A model generated the notes under the pieces. The model had not been told where the DNA came from, searched no databases, and saw only the letters and a program-made list of their open reading frames with translations. Both the position numbers and the translations under genes were made by a program. Positions 34,981 to 51,313 of a stretch of 64,000 nt of DNA are shown here, piece by piece. Positions within the stretch are counted from its first letter, which is position 1. Each line of letters starts with the position of its first letter. Source of the DNA: Cycas panzhihuaensis (Eukaryota; Plantae; Cycadophyta); the NCBI GenBank assembly GCA_023213395.1, contig CM041465.1:137213741-137277740 (forward strand), given 5' to 3'.

Positions 34981-37900
34981 AAACATCCTTGGAGGCAGAA
35001 AACCATCATCTTATTCATTTCTAATTCTTCTTGTTCTCAGAAAAAGATGGCAAAGCATTTGTTACAACCTCTAAGAGAAACTATATTATATGCAAATAAC
35101 AAAAGGCAATCAAAACATTATACAACATGCATCCATCATATATATACAAGAGTAGCTTGTCAAATGTACTCTTCAAGAACCCTATTTGACTCAAATAGTT
35201 TGGGGATCTTTCTACAAAACCATGTGGGTGAGGACTTGCCTTATAATTCTCGATATAAAGTTACTACACCAAGCATGATTGCTTATGAGAATTCCAAACA
35301 ATGTGGATGTAGGAAATGTGGTGGAATTACATCAAGTCTTTCAAGAGTTTAATAAGACAATGGTAAGCCTTACGACGGTGATGTTTAACTTCCTCAATGA
35401 TAGCTACAAGAGAAAATATTATGGGGTCATATTTTTGTATGTATAGGATTTAATTGCCTTTTTGATGTTTTTTAAGAGTCAACCTCGGGAACCACATATT
35501 CACATTTTTATTAGTTTCAAGTCAATTTTGGCCTTTAATTAAATTATTCATAATATAGCTTCTTTGTAATGTCGTATAGCCTTGGTCATAGTAGTGCCCA
35601 TGTGACCAAGTGCTGGGATCCTAGGGTCATTTTGGCCAAACTAATTGGTTTCAAATGATGCATAAGTAATTTGTTTGTATGGATTTGGGGGAATTGTAAA
35701 CACACTATCTCTGTGCATTCACACCTCAAACGTGCACCTACACATTCAACCTTCTTACCTTAGTTGAAATTCACGTCTAGCTTGCAATACTTGCACTGGT
35801 TAGTTCCTAAAACCCGACTTTATGCAACCTATTATGGGGATAAATTTTCTCTAAGAATATATTGCATATTTCAACATAATTAAATAATAAATATTCCAAT
35901 TCATTTAACAAATGTTTTAGTACCTTCCTATGAATAATTAAATGCATGCTTCAATTCACATTTAATGCTACCATTTGACACCATTGGTAACACACATTTT
36001 TGTATGTTTCTTAATGTCTTTTGAATAAATAGTGCAATATATTTTCATGGGTGTTATCAAATGTTTAATGCACAACTCTGCATATTACATAAATGAGCAT
36101 GAGAATGTTAAAAGTAACATTTCAAAATGCACACCATTCTAATGGAGAGATTGTGTACAAACACCTTTAATCCATTATTACTGTGTCAAGTATTATATAG
36201 GTTAATGCAATCAATTTTTTTTTTCACAATTGAATCTTCAAGTGTTTGGTCATTATCATTTCTAAAAGCATGGTAAATGTGATTAAATTTCAAGGAAACA
36301 TCAACATTAATAAATAAGAATTAAATAGGGGTTGGAAGTGAAGATTAGAAGAATGATGGCTTCACTTAGTTCATGATAAATGGGTAAGTTGCTCTCTCTT
36401 TCTTGCTTTCATTTTCAAACCTAGAAAGGACAGAATAATCACATTAAACACTTATAAACGTCATGGATGTCCAATAAATTTTTTAATTGATGATCCCCTT
36501 TATTATAAACAAAATTTATTCTGAATATATATTAGACACATAAGGCCATGGAATATGTCCTAAATCTAAACACCATAACAAAGATAATTTGAGCAATATT
36601 TTTTATAAAACCTTTTTCAAAATGTTGGTTGTGTTAGCAAAATGTCATTTGGCTTGATATACAAGAACTTGAGGGCTAAAAAGGCTGTTGTTGCTTTTGT
36701 GTCAACCGACATGGTCCAACATTTGGTGATCTTGGAAAAAACATGCTTGATAATTGGCATGAAAGTTACCTGTCTCACGAATCAAATTCCCTATAGTGCA
36801 AAATAAAAAAGGAAGAAAATCTTTTTGTAATTATAAAGAGAATATATTAATTAGGATATTAATTAATTTAATGTAATTATTAATGAAAAGATGCAATCTA
36901 TTGGGAAAGTTGCACTTTTGACTTTTGATAATGTATATTTAATGAATTGAATGAAGAAGAGAATTCCAAGGAAGATAAGGAATCGAAGACGTAATTCCTA
37001 AATGGTTGGGTTGGGGCACAAGGCACGATTGGGGACTAGACCTAGAGCTTGCTACAAGAGCCAAACGATGTAGCAAAGACTCAAGCGACATACGAGATTT
37101 GGGCTGATACTAGAAATGTTAATGAGGAACCCGATGATGCAACAAGTGCCCTTGAGGAGCTTAGTTTGGCATTGAGGGTGTTCGTGAGGAGCTTGGTCTA
37201 AAGCAGGAGACAAGCAATCCTCTGAAGACCTCCATCTCTTTTGGTTGGATTTTTTACTGAAAGAACAAGATATATACTCTATTTTTATTTGATGAAAATA
37301 TAAATATTATTTCAAAAGAAATGACTATTTTATTTTTGATAGTTGTGTGAATTTCAATAAATTCGTGTATCTTTATTTCTTGAAAATAAGTTGAAAGAAT
37401 GGAAGCTATGTAGAATTACTTAATTTTGGTTTTAGGGAACAAGGAACATTACATTTGCTCCAAATATTATTGGCCAACACACTAAATTTAGATTGATACA
37501 AGTGTTTATAAGGAACCTAATTGATGTGGTGAATGCTCATGAGGAGTCCAGTTTGGTGTCGAGGGTGTCTACAAGGAGAGCTAGTCTAAGCACGAAACAA
37601 CTATCTCGTTGCATTTGGGAAAAAAACTTCAACCCCTCTGATCATCACGTCTAATCATTGCATTTCATGAGACAATCTCTTATTTTGACACTATCAAATA
37701 CACAATGCATATTTCCATTCAATAGAAGCATGGAGAAGGTTATTCCCTTATCCAAGATGCACTTTCCAAACCCAATTTTTACAATGAACCCTAGTTCTAG
37801 AGCCACCATGTCAATCAATGCGCTTGAAACACTAGCAAGGGAGATCGTTTGTGTGCTTATTTGTTGAGCTTTTGGAAGATTGAAGTGACCTCCATATTAC

Positions 37901-38499
37901 CCCCTTTGAATACACTATTACCTTGTCACCACTTGTTACACACACACACATACACGAGCGCATAATCACAATTCACAAAGCATAGATTAAAAAAAAAAAA
38001 AAAACCTAGGAATTCAAAAGGAATTGACATAGAGAATATGCATAAAACAAATGTAATTTGGGATACAGATGGAAGTAGGGCAGGCGAGGTTGGGGCCCCT
38101 ATAGAAAAATGATTAGAAACCCAATTCGAGTTGGCTTATCTTGGATTATAGCTTTCTTGGGAATAGATCCTCAACTAGGTGGCTGAGTATTCATTGATGT
38201 AACCATTGATGGGTGGGGGTAGTGAAGTAGAGGAAGAGGTGGAGGAGCCATCTTTCTATTAATAAACCTAGCCATTGACAAGACCAAAGGTGGTGAGGAC
38301 AAGGAAGGGGTTTGCCTTGAGATGCAAATGTCAACAAGTTGTAGGATTCACCTCTCATTTTCCTTCATTTAGCATGGGGCCTCTGTCTCAACCATTGCTG
38401 GAAGAAATTGAACGAAAAGCCCACTCAACCTTACTATTGCTGAATACTATGATGAAATGGTAGGGTATTGATAGGAGAAAATCTTGCTATCAATTCTTG

Positions 38500-39070
38500 C
38501 ATTATAATGAACAATGGAGATAAATTGTGGTGCTTGTAATGCTTAACCCTTGAAAAACATAGTTAAAACTGAATTATCTTTAGGACTGAATGAACTAGTA
38601 ATCCCCCTCTCATTGGACTACATGTATCCATGAAACTTTCATTACTATTGAATTTATATACCATTCTTGTAACTCAACACTCTTATCCTTACTTTGGTAA
38701 GAGATGTTATTTTAAAAGGGGGGAAATATCTTTGAAGATTCTCTCATGATAATTCTTTTTAAATAGACATTTAAATCCCTATGAGTTAATTCATGAATAA
38801 ATTGATCATAGTGAGTATCAATAACTTAATGGCATTATAATTTTATGAAATTTAAGGATTTGTAATCCAAGCGTAGATTTCTTCTTGCACCATTTTGTTT
38901 TTTACAAGTAAAATCTCTATAAAGTGGGGTTGACTTGTCAATATGAGATGCCATAAGAGAAGGGAATTTAATTTGCCAAAATCTCCTAGAAATTGCATTT
39001 AGCATCATTTGTTTAGAGACAACAAGAAGTAGTTTCAAACCTCCCAAAAATCTTGACACTAACATAATCT
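38500..39070 (-). pseudogene. Possible Gypsy gag remnant
   Basis: LVSRFLGGLK and YDQFIHELTHR gag-like fragments with many stops. Confidence 0.3.
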
Positions 39071-39550
39071 GTGAAGGCCCGATTAAGATTACAAGCTCTA
39101 AACATACACTAATATTACTAAGTCATCTTTGTTGCCAATGCTACATGTGCATTCAAATTTTGTTTAAATTGTGCATTAATGGCATATTAATTTCAAAATA
39201 ACCATGCACATCACTTCCATTTCATAATTTGAATTGGAGTGCACCCTTACTAGCTAGCTAAAACAATGGCATACCAAGCTATCGTTGCTATAAACACCAT
39301 GAACATTGGTCAATATATTGTCAACTCCTTATAGCACCACCTCTATTCAAAAAACCACAAACCACAATCAATCACAGGAAATGATGTTGCCTCCAATTTG
39401 AACAAACATTCCATAGACCATATGTTCTATTATATTTTGATCCGATTGATTGAATGTCGAATACCATAAAAACCATTACACGCCTATTGGAATTAACCAC
39501 GCAGGCAAAACCTACTTGTCCATCAAAGCATCAACATCTGCCAATCACCA

Positions 39551-39636
39551 TGCCATGCAAATTAGCCAAACATCACATGCATGAACATGAGACTGCCATG
39601 CAAATTAGCCAAACATCACATGCATGAACATGAGAC
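39551..39636. repeat. Perfect 43-bp tandem duplication
   Basis: TGCCATGCAAATTAGCCAAACATCACATGCATGAACATGAGAC x2. Confidence 0.95.
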
Positions 39637-39919
39637 ATTGACCACTTTGGTTTGCATGTAAAATGACACTGTCGATGAAAAAAAGAGGTTGAATTATTCA
39701 TGTTGATTAATATCATCAATGCCACTATAGTAAGTGCCCATTAAGCACTAACATCTTCCATTTACCATGAAATGTCGATAAGAAAAAATGCCCACCAATC
39801 ACTATGAAACACTAACAAAGAAAAGGTTGAATTGTGTACGTTGATCAACATCAATGTTGTCTTATTAAAAGTGTAGATCTTTGACCATGCTAAACATAAT
39901 TCCACCAACACAATAATAT

Positions 39920-40192
39920 GTAATCGCCACATAAATTTTAAATGAATTTACCAGCCATCAAGCACAATCACAACATCTAAGAATGTCAAATCCACATAAA
40001 TCACTCTAATACAATGCCATAAAACAAATATGTAATGGGTTGGTAACACCATCATTGCCAATTGCCACACAAAGCGAAATGAATTTGTCAACAATCAAGC
40101 ACAATCAAAATGTTGAATATTAGCAAATTTACAGAAATCACTCTAATACAATGCCACAAAACAAATAGTAATGGGTTGGTAGCACTATCATT
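39920..40192. repeat. Diverged ~135-bp tandem duplication
   Basis: AATGAATTT...ATCAAGCACAATCA...AAATCACTCTAATACAATGCCA.AAAACAAATA.GTAATGGGTTGGTA.CAC.ATCATT occurs twice. Confidence 0.8.
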
Positions 40193-41539
40193 CCCTATCT
40201 AGACCCAGAACACCTCTTATAGACCCTTTGAAGGCAAGAACAAACCAGATTAGAAAACCCAACGATAAATTCAACCATATCGCTAGCTTATACATAATAC
40301 TAATGATGAACATTGCACCTAGTGTAATATTTCTAATGATTGTGCAAACCTTCATCAACCAAAGTGGTTGGATATATTCAAAGTCGAATTGCCTAAACCT
40401 ACACTCGAACGATAAGCAATTACTTCCACACCAAAATCTCCATGCATCACATAAGGATTTAGTTACAGCCACCAAGGATCAGTTAAGTTTGTGCTTCTTT
40501 TTTTAAAGTTGTTTCTTTCCTTTAAATAAGCTCTGCATTTATGTAAATGACCTAAAAATCCTTCACATCTTCATCTTTCACTTGACTTTATATGCTTGGG
40601 TGGTTTGTGTTATAAAATACACAAAAAACACAACCAAAATGATATTGAAAAACAAACTTTAACTAGCACCAGAATAACAATCTTCAAAGAGGTTATACAT
40701 CTTAAGGATTAAAACCAAAGATAACCCCAAAGCTTCAACATATGCAAAAATAGGGTAATAACTTAGAATCCTAGCTTTGAAATAGTTTTTACAACCCATA
40801 GATCATTTTCTTTTGCTTTATTTATTATTTATTATTATTGGCCATATCATCAAACATTAATTACTTTCGTGAAGCAACTATTCTTTTTTGCATTAAAATC
40901 CTTCATGGGTCTATTTTGAATCTTATAGGCTTAAAAGACAACCACTCGAAACGAATTTTTCTTTATATGCATCAAAATCCTTGTGGGTTTACCATGGCAG
41001 TTTTTCAGCTTTGGCATATAGTTGTTGCAACTACCAAAAAGAAAAAGAAAAATAATAATATTTTTTTTGCAATCTTCATTTGGTATCTGCAACTATTAGT
41101 TTAAAAAACTTAGAAAACTTGAATTTATGGCCAACACTAAGATTTGCATGCAATATTATTTTGGGGTCCTATGGTTGTGAAAAAGAGGCCATAAGGCAAT
41201 TTTAAGGCATCAAATATTATTTAAACACCATGATATTTTTCTTCTTCTTTTTTTTGAAAAATAAAAAATGCAAATCTTGATATGTATTTTGCTTTCTAAA
41301 ACTATCTGTAATATTTCAAAATAATTTGCCTAATAAAACCTTTCTTTTTCTTTTTAAAAAATACAACTATTAAATGCATTTTGCAAGATCTTCCAATGGT
41401 CACTTTTGAGGGAAAAAAATAAGGTTATATGAAGATATCAATGTCTCAAAAAAAAAGCTCACAAAATTTAAAGAAATTAGGCTCTAAATTCCAAAGGATC
41501 AAAACTTTGGCTTTGATACCAAATATTGAGTGTGGCATT

Positions 41540-42060
41540 GCTCTAATACCATAATGTTAGGTATTAAATTTAATTTTGATACTAAAATATTATGGACGAT
41601 TAAGTGGAAGTAATGCATGGACGATAGACTTAACCATAATTGAGCATGGGACATGCAATGAGTACAAAATATCATAATTAAATGCACAAGTATAATGAAA
41701 TATACATACAAAGGATAGACACAATATGTGGAAGAATAGTTATTCCTTAATTATTAAAATATGGTGTACATATTTATAAAACAACTCATTTCAAATTAAG
41801 AATCTAAAGTTAATTATTGTATGCTTGGTACACATTTCAACAACCTTTATAGGTGTTCATAATAAAATATTCATAAATTATGTGTAAGAGAGTGAGAGGG
41901 ATTTGGTATATCATTTGATATAATTAGATATTATATCCAATACCTATTTATAAGCCAAGAAGAATATCCTATGAGTTATTCCCTTGGGGATTGCTTGAAG
42001 AATGAATTGGTGTTTGTAGCACCACCATAATCGAGCTTACAAATGTTCTCCAAGAGGAAT
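41540..42060 (-). mobile_element. LTR fragment with iMet-type PBS (minus-strand element)
   Basis: TGGTATTAGAGC on minus (41540-41551) next to an LTR end (plus TGTTAGG at 41555); minus-strand TATAAATA at ~41945-41952. Confidence 0.5.
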
Positions 42061-44054
42061 AGACCCATATCTGTACTAACTTTAAGGGTAAATAGTGAGA
42101 TGAACTTTTCTCCTTTCTTATTCTCTTATGTTTAACATCTATCACTAGTAATAACAACCATTCTAAATAATAGGATTCAAATTACTGGCACATTTAAGTA
42201 AGAAAAGTACGTGGCATGGTCAACTACAAATTGTTGTAGTGATTGAAATACTAGGTTGATTATGACTACAAGAATACAAGCGCTATAACTACTTCAAGAC
42301 ATACTAATTAATAGATATGGATAATAGACCTAACCTTGCATCAATAATAGAAAAGAACCGGGTCTTAGACAAAAGCTTAGAAAAAATGATAAGTGATAGA
42401 ATTGAAGCTTAAGTTAGAAAACAAGGGAAGGGAATACTTGACGGATAATGATATGTTAAATGAAGAGCAATATCAAGACAAGCATGGATTTGTGAAATCA
42501 AGTATAGGAGGATCCACATCAAATAGTAATAAAAGTGAAAGCACAACACTAATAAGGAAGGGTGAAAATGGGGCAAGGTGTAAAAATAAAGGGAGAATGT
42601 CAAGGAGGGAACATAAACCACAAGGTAAAAAGAACATAAGTAAATGAAGAAACAAGGGATATAGAAAGCATACAAAGAAAGGTGAGTCAAATAGAAGCTT
42701 TGAAAGCTCGGGGACTATCTCTAGCTCAAAGGACACTTATAGTTCTAATAGTCTCGATGAGTCTAATATGTAATCTTTATGGAGTCTAGAAAGACGACAT
42801 CACTTGTTATGAACTAATACCCACCTTTTAGGTGAACCAACATGTTTATTGGGTAATGGAAACCTTTAAGGTCATATTTAAGATGCGTAAGATCAAAGGA
42901 AGATCATTATGGAGTCTTATTTTGGAGCATTAGCTATTTGGAGGCCGGTGTAGGTAGTAATCGATTCTAGGAGGAGCCCTTACCTTGAAGAGGACTAGTA
43001 TTCATTTTATTTAACTCATTTTTAAATTACTTATTTATAATTAGCATATTTCTATTAATTGGTGTTATTCATTAGTCGATGTATATTACTAAATCTAGTC
43101 GACCAGTAATATGATCATAAAAAGAAAAGAAGAGAATAAAAGGAAATAAACAATTATAGAAGAAAATTAAAACTTCCAGACCATGAAGGAGAAAGAGGCA
43201 TGGGAGAAGAGGTCAAAAATTGGATACATAACCTAGAAAGATACTTTGAGTTAAAAAGACTAGGTAGATATACCAAGACCTCAATAACCATCTATCAATT
43301 AATAAGACTTGCATTCACTTAGTGATATGACAAACTCCGTAGTTACAAAACGAAAACAAAGTTTATCCCTTAGAATAAGTTAAAAAAGAAATTTTGTAAT
43401 AAATTTACCTCTGAAAACTTCTTATAAGATAGTCAATGTTTTTTGCAATTTAAAGTATAGAAGCCTTAACATAAGTGAGCATAAAAAAAAATTTGAAATC
43501 CATAATAGATTTATACATATTATCTAAGGAAAGGATCGACTTATAAGATTTATTAATGGATTGAATTGAGAATGTTGCACTTATGTATGGGTTCATAAGC
43601 CTAATTTAATGGACAAAGCTACAATATTTGCAGAGAGATATGGAGAGCAAAGGAGGGGACAAAAAGGGAGGGAATGGTTACATGAAAGGGAAGGCACTTG
43701 CATGGGCAGTACACTTAAACACAAAAGAAAAAGATATAAAGTAAGTAGAAGGGATGATCATAAAGACTAGGCTAGCAACTAAGATTACCAAAGCACTGAG
43801 ACTGCTACTACAAGCCATAATAGCTCTCAAGAGGAATAATCTTACTGAGGTTTATACAAGAAATCTCTTAGGTAGTTAAGTAACTAAAATTAGGTCCAAA
43901 ATTAATGAAACAAATTTAAAACTATAAATTATTGGGAATGCAAAGAAGCCACAACCATAAATGCACATACATGTTATAGTTGAATTGGGTAAAATATATA
44001 TGTAATTATCTTTGGTGTAAGTAAACAACAAAATAAATGAACAATATTTTGTTG

Positions 44055-47831
<3,777 letters not shown>

Positions 47832-50800
47832 TGTTGCTTTTGAAGAGTTAAGGAGTACTTATGACTTTATTTCTTCAAAATTAGTAAGAAAATTAAACTT
47901 AGTACCTATGAAAAAAGAACCTACTTGGGTTGAATCAGTTGACGATGATACACTTAGGTAAGCTAACTTTAAGGGAAAATGGTGAGATGAACTTTTCTCC
48001 CTTTCTATTCCCTTATGTCTAACATCTATCATTAGTAATAACAACCATTCTAAATAATAGGATTCAAAGGAAAGAACGTGGCATGGTCAACTGCAAATTG
48101 TTGTAGTGATTGAAATACTAGCTTGATTATGACTATAATAATATAACTATTATAACTACTTCAAGACATACTAATTAGTAAATATGGATAATAGACTGAC
48201 CTTACATCAATTATAGAAAAGAACTGGTCTTAGAAAAAGCTTAGAAAAGATGATAAGTAGTAGAATTAAAACTTAAGTTAGAAAATAAGGGAAGGAATAC
48301 TTGATGAATAATGATATGTTAAATGAAGAGCAATATCAAGACAAGCATGGATTTGTGAAGTCAAGTATAGGAGGATCCACATCAAATAATAAGAAAAGTG
48401 AAAGCACAACAATAATAAGGAAGAATAAAAATGGGGCAAGGGCAAAACAAAGGGGGAACGTTAAGGAGGGAACATAAACCACAAAGTAAAAAGAATGTAA
48501 GTAGATGGAGAAACAAGGCATAGAGAAAGCATACAAAGAAAGGTGAATCAAATAGAAGCTTTGAAAGCTTAGGGACTGCCTCTAGCTTGAAGGACACTTA
48601 CAGTTCTAATAGCCTCAATGAGTCTAATATGTAATCTTAATCGAGTCTAGAAAGACGACATCACTTGTTATGAACTAATAGTTGCACATTTTTAGGTGAA
48701 CTAACATGTTTATTGGGTAATGGCAACCTTTTACATCATATTTAAGATGTAGAAGATCAAAGTAGGTTATTGTGGTGTCTTATTTTGGAGCATTTGTTAT
48801 TTGTTGGCTAGCATAGGCAGTAGTGATTCTAAGAGGAGCCCTTGCCTTGAAGAGGATTAGCATTCATCTTATTTAACTCATTTTCTATATTATTTTTTTA
48901 TAATTAGCATATTTTTATTAATTGGTGTTATTTATTAGTCGATATATGTTATTAAACCCATTGGATTCATAATATTACCATAAAAACAAAAGAAGAGAAG
49001 AAAAGGAAATAAACCAGTATAGTAGAAATTGAAACTTCTAAAATATGAAGGAAAAAGAGGCATGGGAGAAGAGATAAAAAATTGGATACATAAGCTAAGA
49101 AGATACTTTAAGACTAGGTAGTTATATCAAGACCTCAATAACCACATATTAATTAATAAGACTTCCACTCACTTAGTGGCATGACAAACTCCATAGTTAC
49201 AAAACAAAACCAAAGTTTATCCCTTAGAATAAATTAAAAAAGATTTTTTGTAATAAATTTATCTTTGAAAATTTCTTATAAGATAGTCTAAATGTTTTTT
49301 GCAATTTAAAGCGTAGAAGCCTTAACATAAGTGAGCATAAAGAAAAATTTGAAATCCTTAATAGATTTATACATATTATCTAAGGAAAGGATTAAACATA
49401 AGATTCATTAATGGATTGAATTGAGAATGTTGCACTTATGTATGGGTTGATAAGCCTAATTTAATGGACGAAGTTACCACATTTATAGAGAGATATGAAG
49501 AGCAAAGGAGTGGAGAAAAAAGGAGGAGGGAATGGTTGCATGAAAGGGAAGGTGCTTGCATGGGCAGTACACTTAAGACACAAAAGAAAGAGATATAAAG
49601 TAAGTAGAAGGGACAGTCACAAAGACTGGGATAGCAACTAGGATTATTGAAGCATTGAGACTTCTACTAGAGGCCATAATAGCTCTTAAGAGGAATAGTC
49701 TGGTTGAGATTTATATGGGAAACCTCCTAGGTAGCTAAGTAATTAAAATCAAGTCCAAAATTAATGAAACAAATTTAAAACTATAAATTATTGGGAATGC
49801 AAAGAAGCACACTCGAGATAGAATTATTTCTAATTTAGGACATAAAGTCATCCCAAAAGTGCTATAGCTTCGATTGTAACAAAATTTTAATACCCTCACA
49901 ACAATAGATGCACATACATGTTATAGTTCAATTAAGGAAAATATATATGTAATTATCTTTCATGAAAGTAAATGACAAAATAAATGAATAATATTTCATT
50001 GCTTTTGAAGAGTTAAGGAGTACTTATAACTTTATTTCTTCAAAATTAGTAAGAAAATTAAACTTAGTACCTATGAAAAAAGAACCTACTTGGGTTGAAT
50101 CAGTTGACGATGAAACACTTAGGTAAACTAATGTTATTTTAGAAAATTTAATGTTTGAGATAAATAAATACCAAATATCTAGAGATTTTCAATTGGTAGA
50201 TTTGGGAAAGTATGAAGCCATAATAGGTATGGTTTGCTTAGAATCCATTAGTGCGTATATAGGTTGCCATAATAAGCAAGTCATTATGACCAAACATCCT
50301 AACAGAGTTTCTGTTATTTAAGTGAGGAGAGATCCACACAGTTATAGGCACTTCTATAACATAAGTTAAAAGGTGTGCTTGAAAGGGATGTAAACTTTTC
50401 TTTGATTTAATATAAGTAGTCTTTCTTTCTCTTTAGAGAGAAGAAAACAATTATGTTCTTTCCTTTTCTTTCTAGAATGTTAATAATTAATTAAATTATT
50501 TTATTTTTATTTTTGTTTAAGAATTACTAATTAAACTATTATGGGGTTCTTATTATTTTAGGGGTATGATTGGGCACTAGTGACAACTTTTCTACCTATC
50601 GATGTTAATAGTGTTAATAGATCATGCCACCTCAACTAAAGAAATTGCCAATCAGACATGGCATATCTCGAAAAGCAAGTTAGCTATCATTAGTTTAACC
50701 TCTCTTTTACATCCCCAAACCCTGTCCCAACCTCCAACACAAACACACATACTAGATAATGTATTAAGATAATTAAAACATAATATACATATATTTACTA

Positions 50801-51182
50801 GATGATACTTGCACATACAACACACATTTATATTATAAATGTGTATTTATTACAATGAATACAAACTATTAGATACATATATTCTAATAATTAGCATAAG
50901 TTTCTACACGTGTGATGGTATGAATATGATTTGAAAAAAATAGTGCATTAGAAAATGATTTGCTTAACAACAACAAACATATAGATAATCTCCATGGCCT
51001 TACTAGAAGCTTGAAGTGGAGAAAAACCTTGAACCATCAAATAACATGATGGCAACTTAGCATAAATTACATGGGTTATCTCGTTTTGAGAAAAAAATAA
51101 AAAAACAATGTAGTTGCTTAAGAGAGAGAGACAATAATACACTTAATAATATTCAACAAATTGCAAATGTGCTTATCAAAGG

Positions 51183-51288
51183 ACAAGTCTGCAAAACACC
51201 TTATCGATTTGAAAATTCTTTCCAATCACCTTTTTAACAAGTATGCAAAATACCTTATAGATTTGAAAATTCTATCCAATAACCTTTT
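51183..51288. repeat. 54-bp tandem duplication just downstream of the RLP stop codon
   Basis: ACAAGT.TGCAAAA.ACCTTAT.GATTTGAAAATTCT.TCCAAT.ACCTTTT x2. Confidence 0.85.
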
Positions 51289-51313
51289 CATATATTAGCC
51301 CTATTCTTTCAAA

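Noticed and set aside
32000-37950. Possible DNA-transposon or Helitron remnants in the AT-rich interval
   Set aside because: No TIRs, TSDs or convincing catalytic motifs could be supported by eye.
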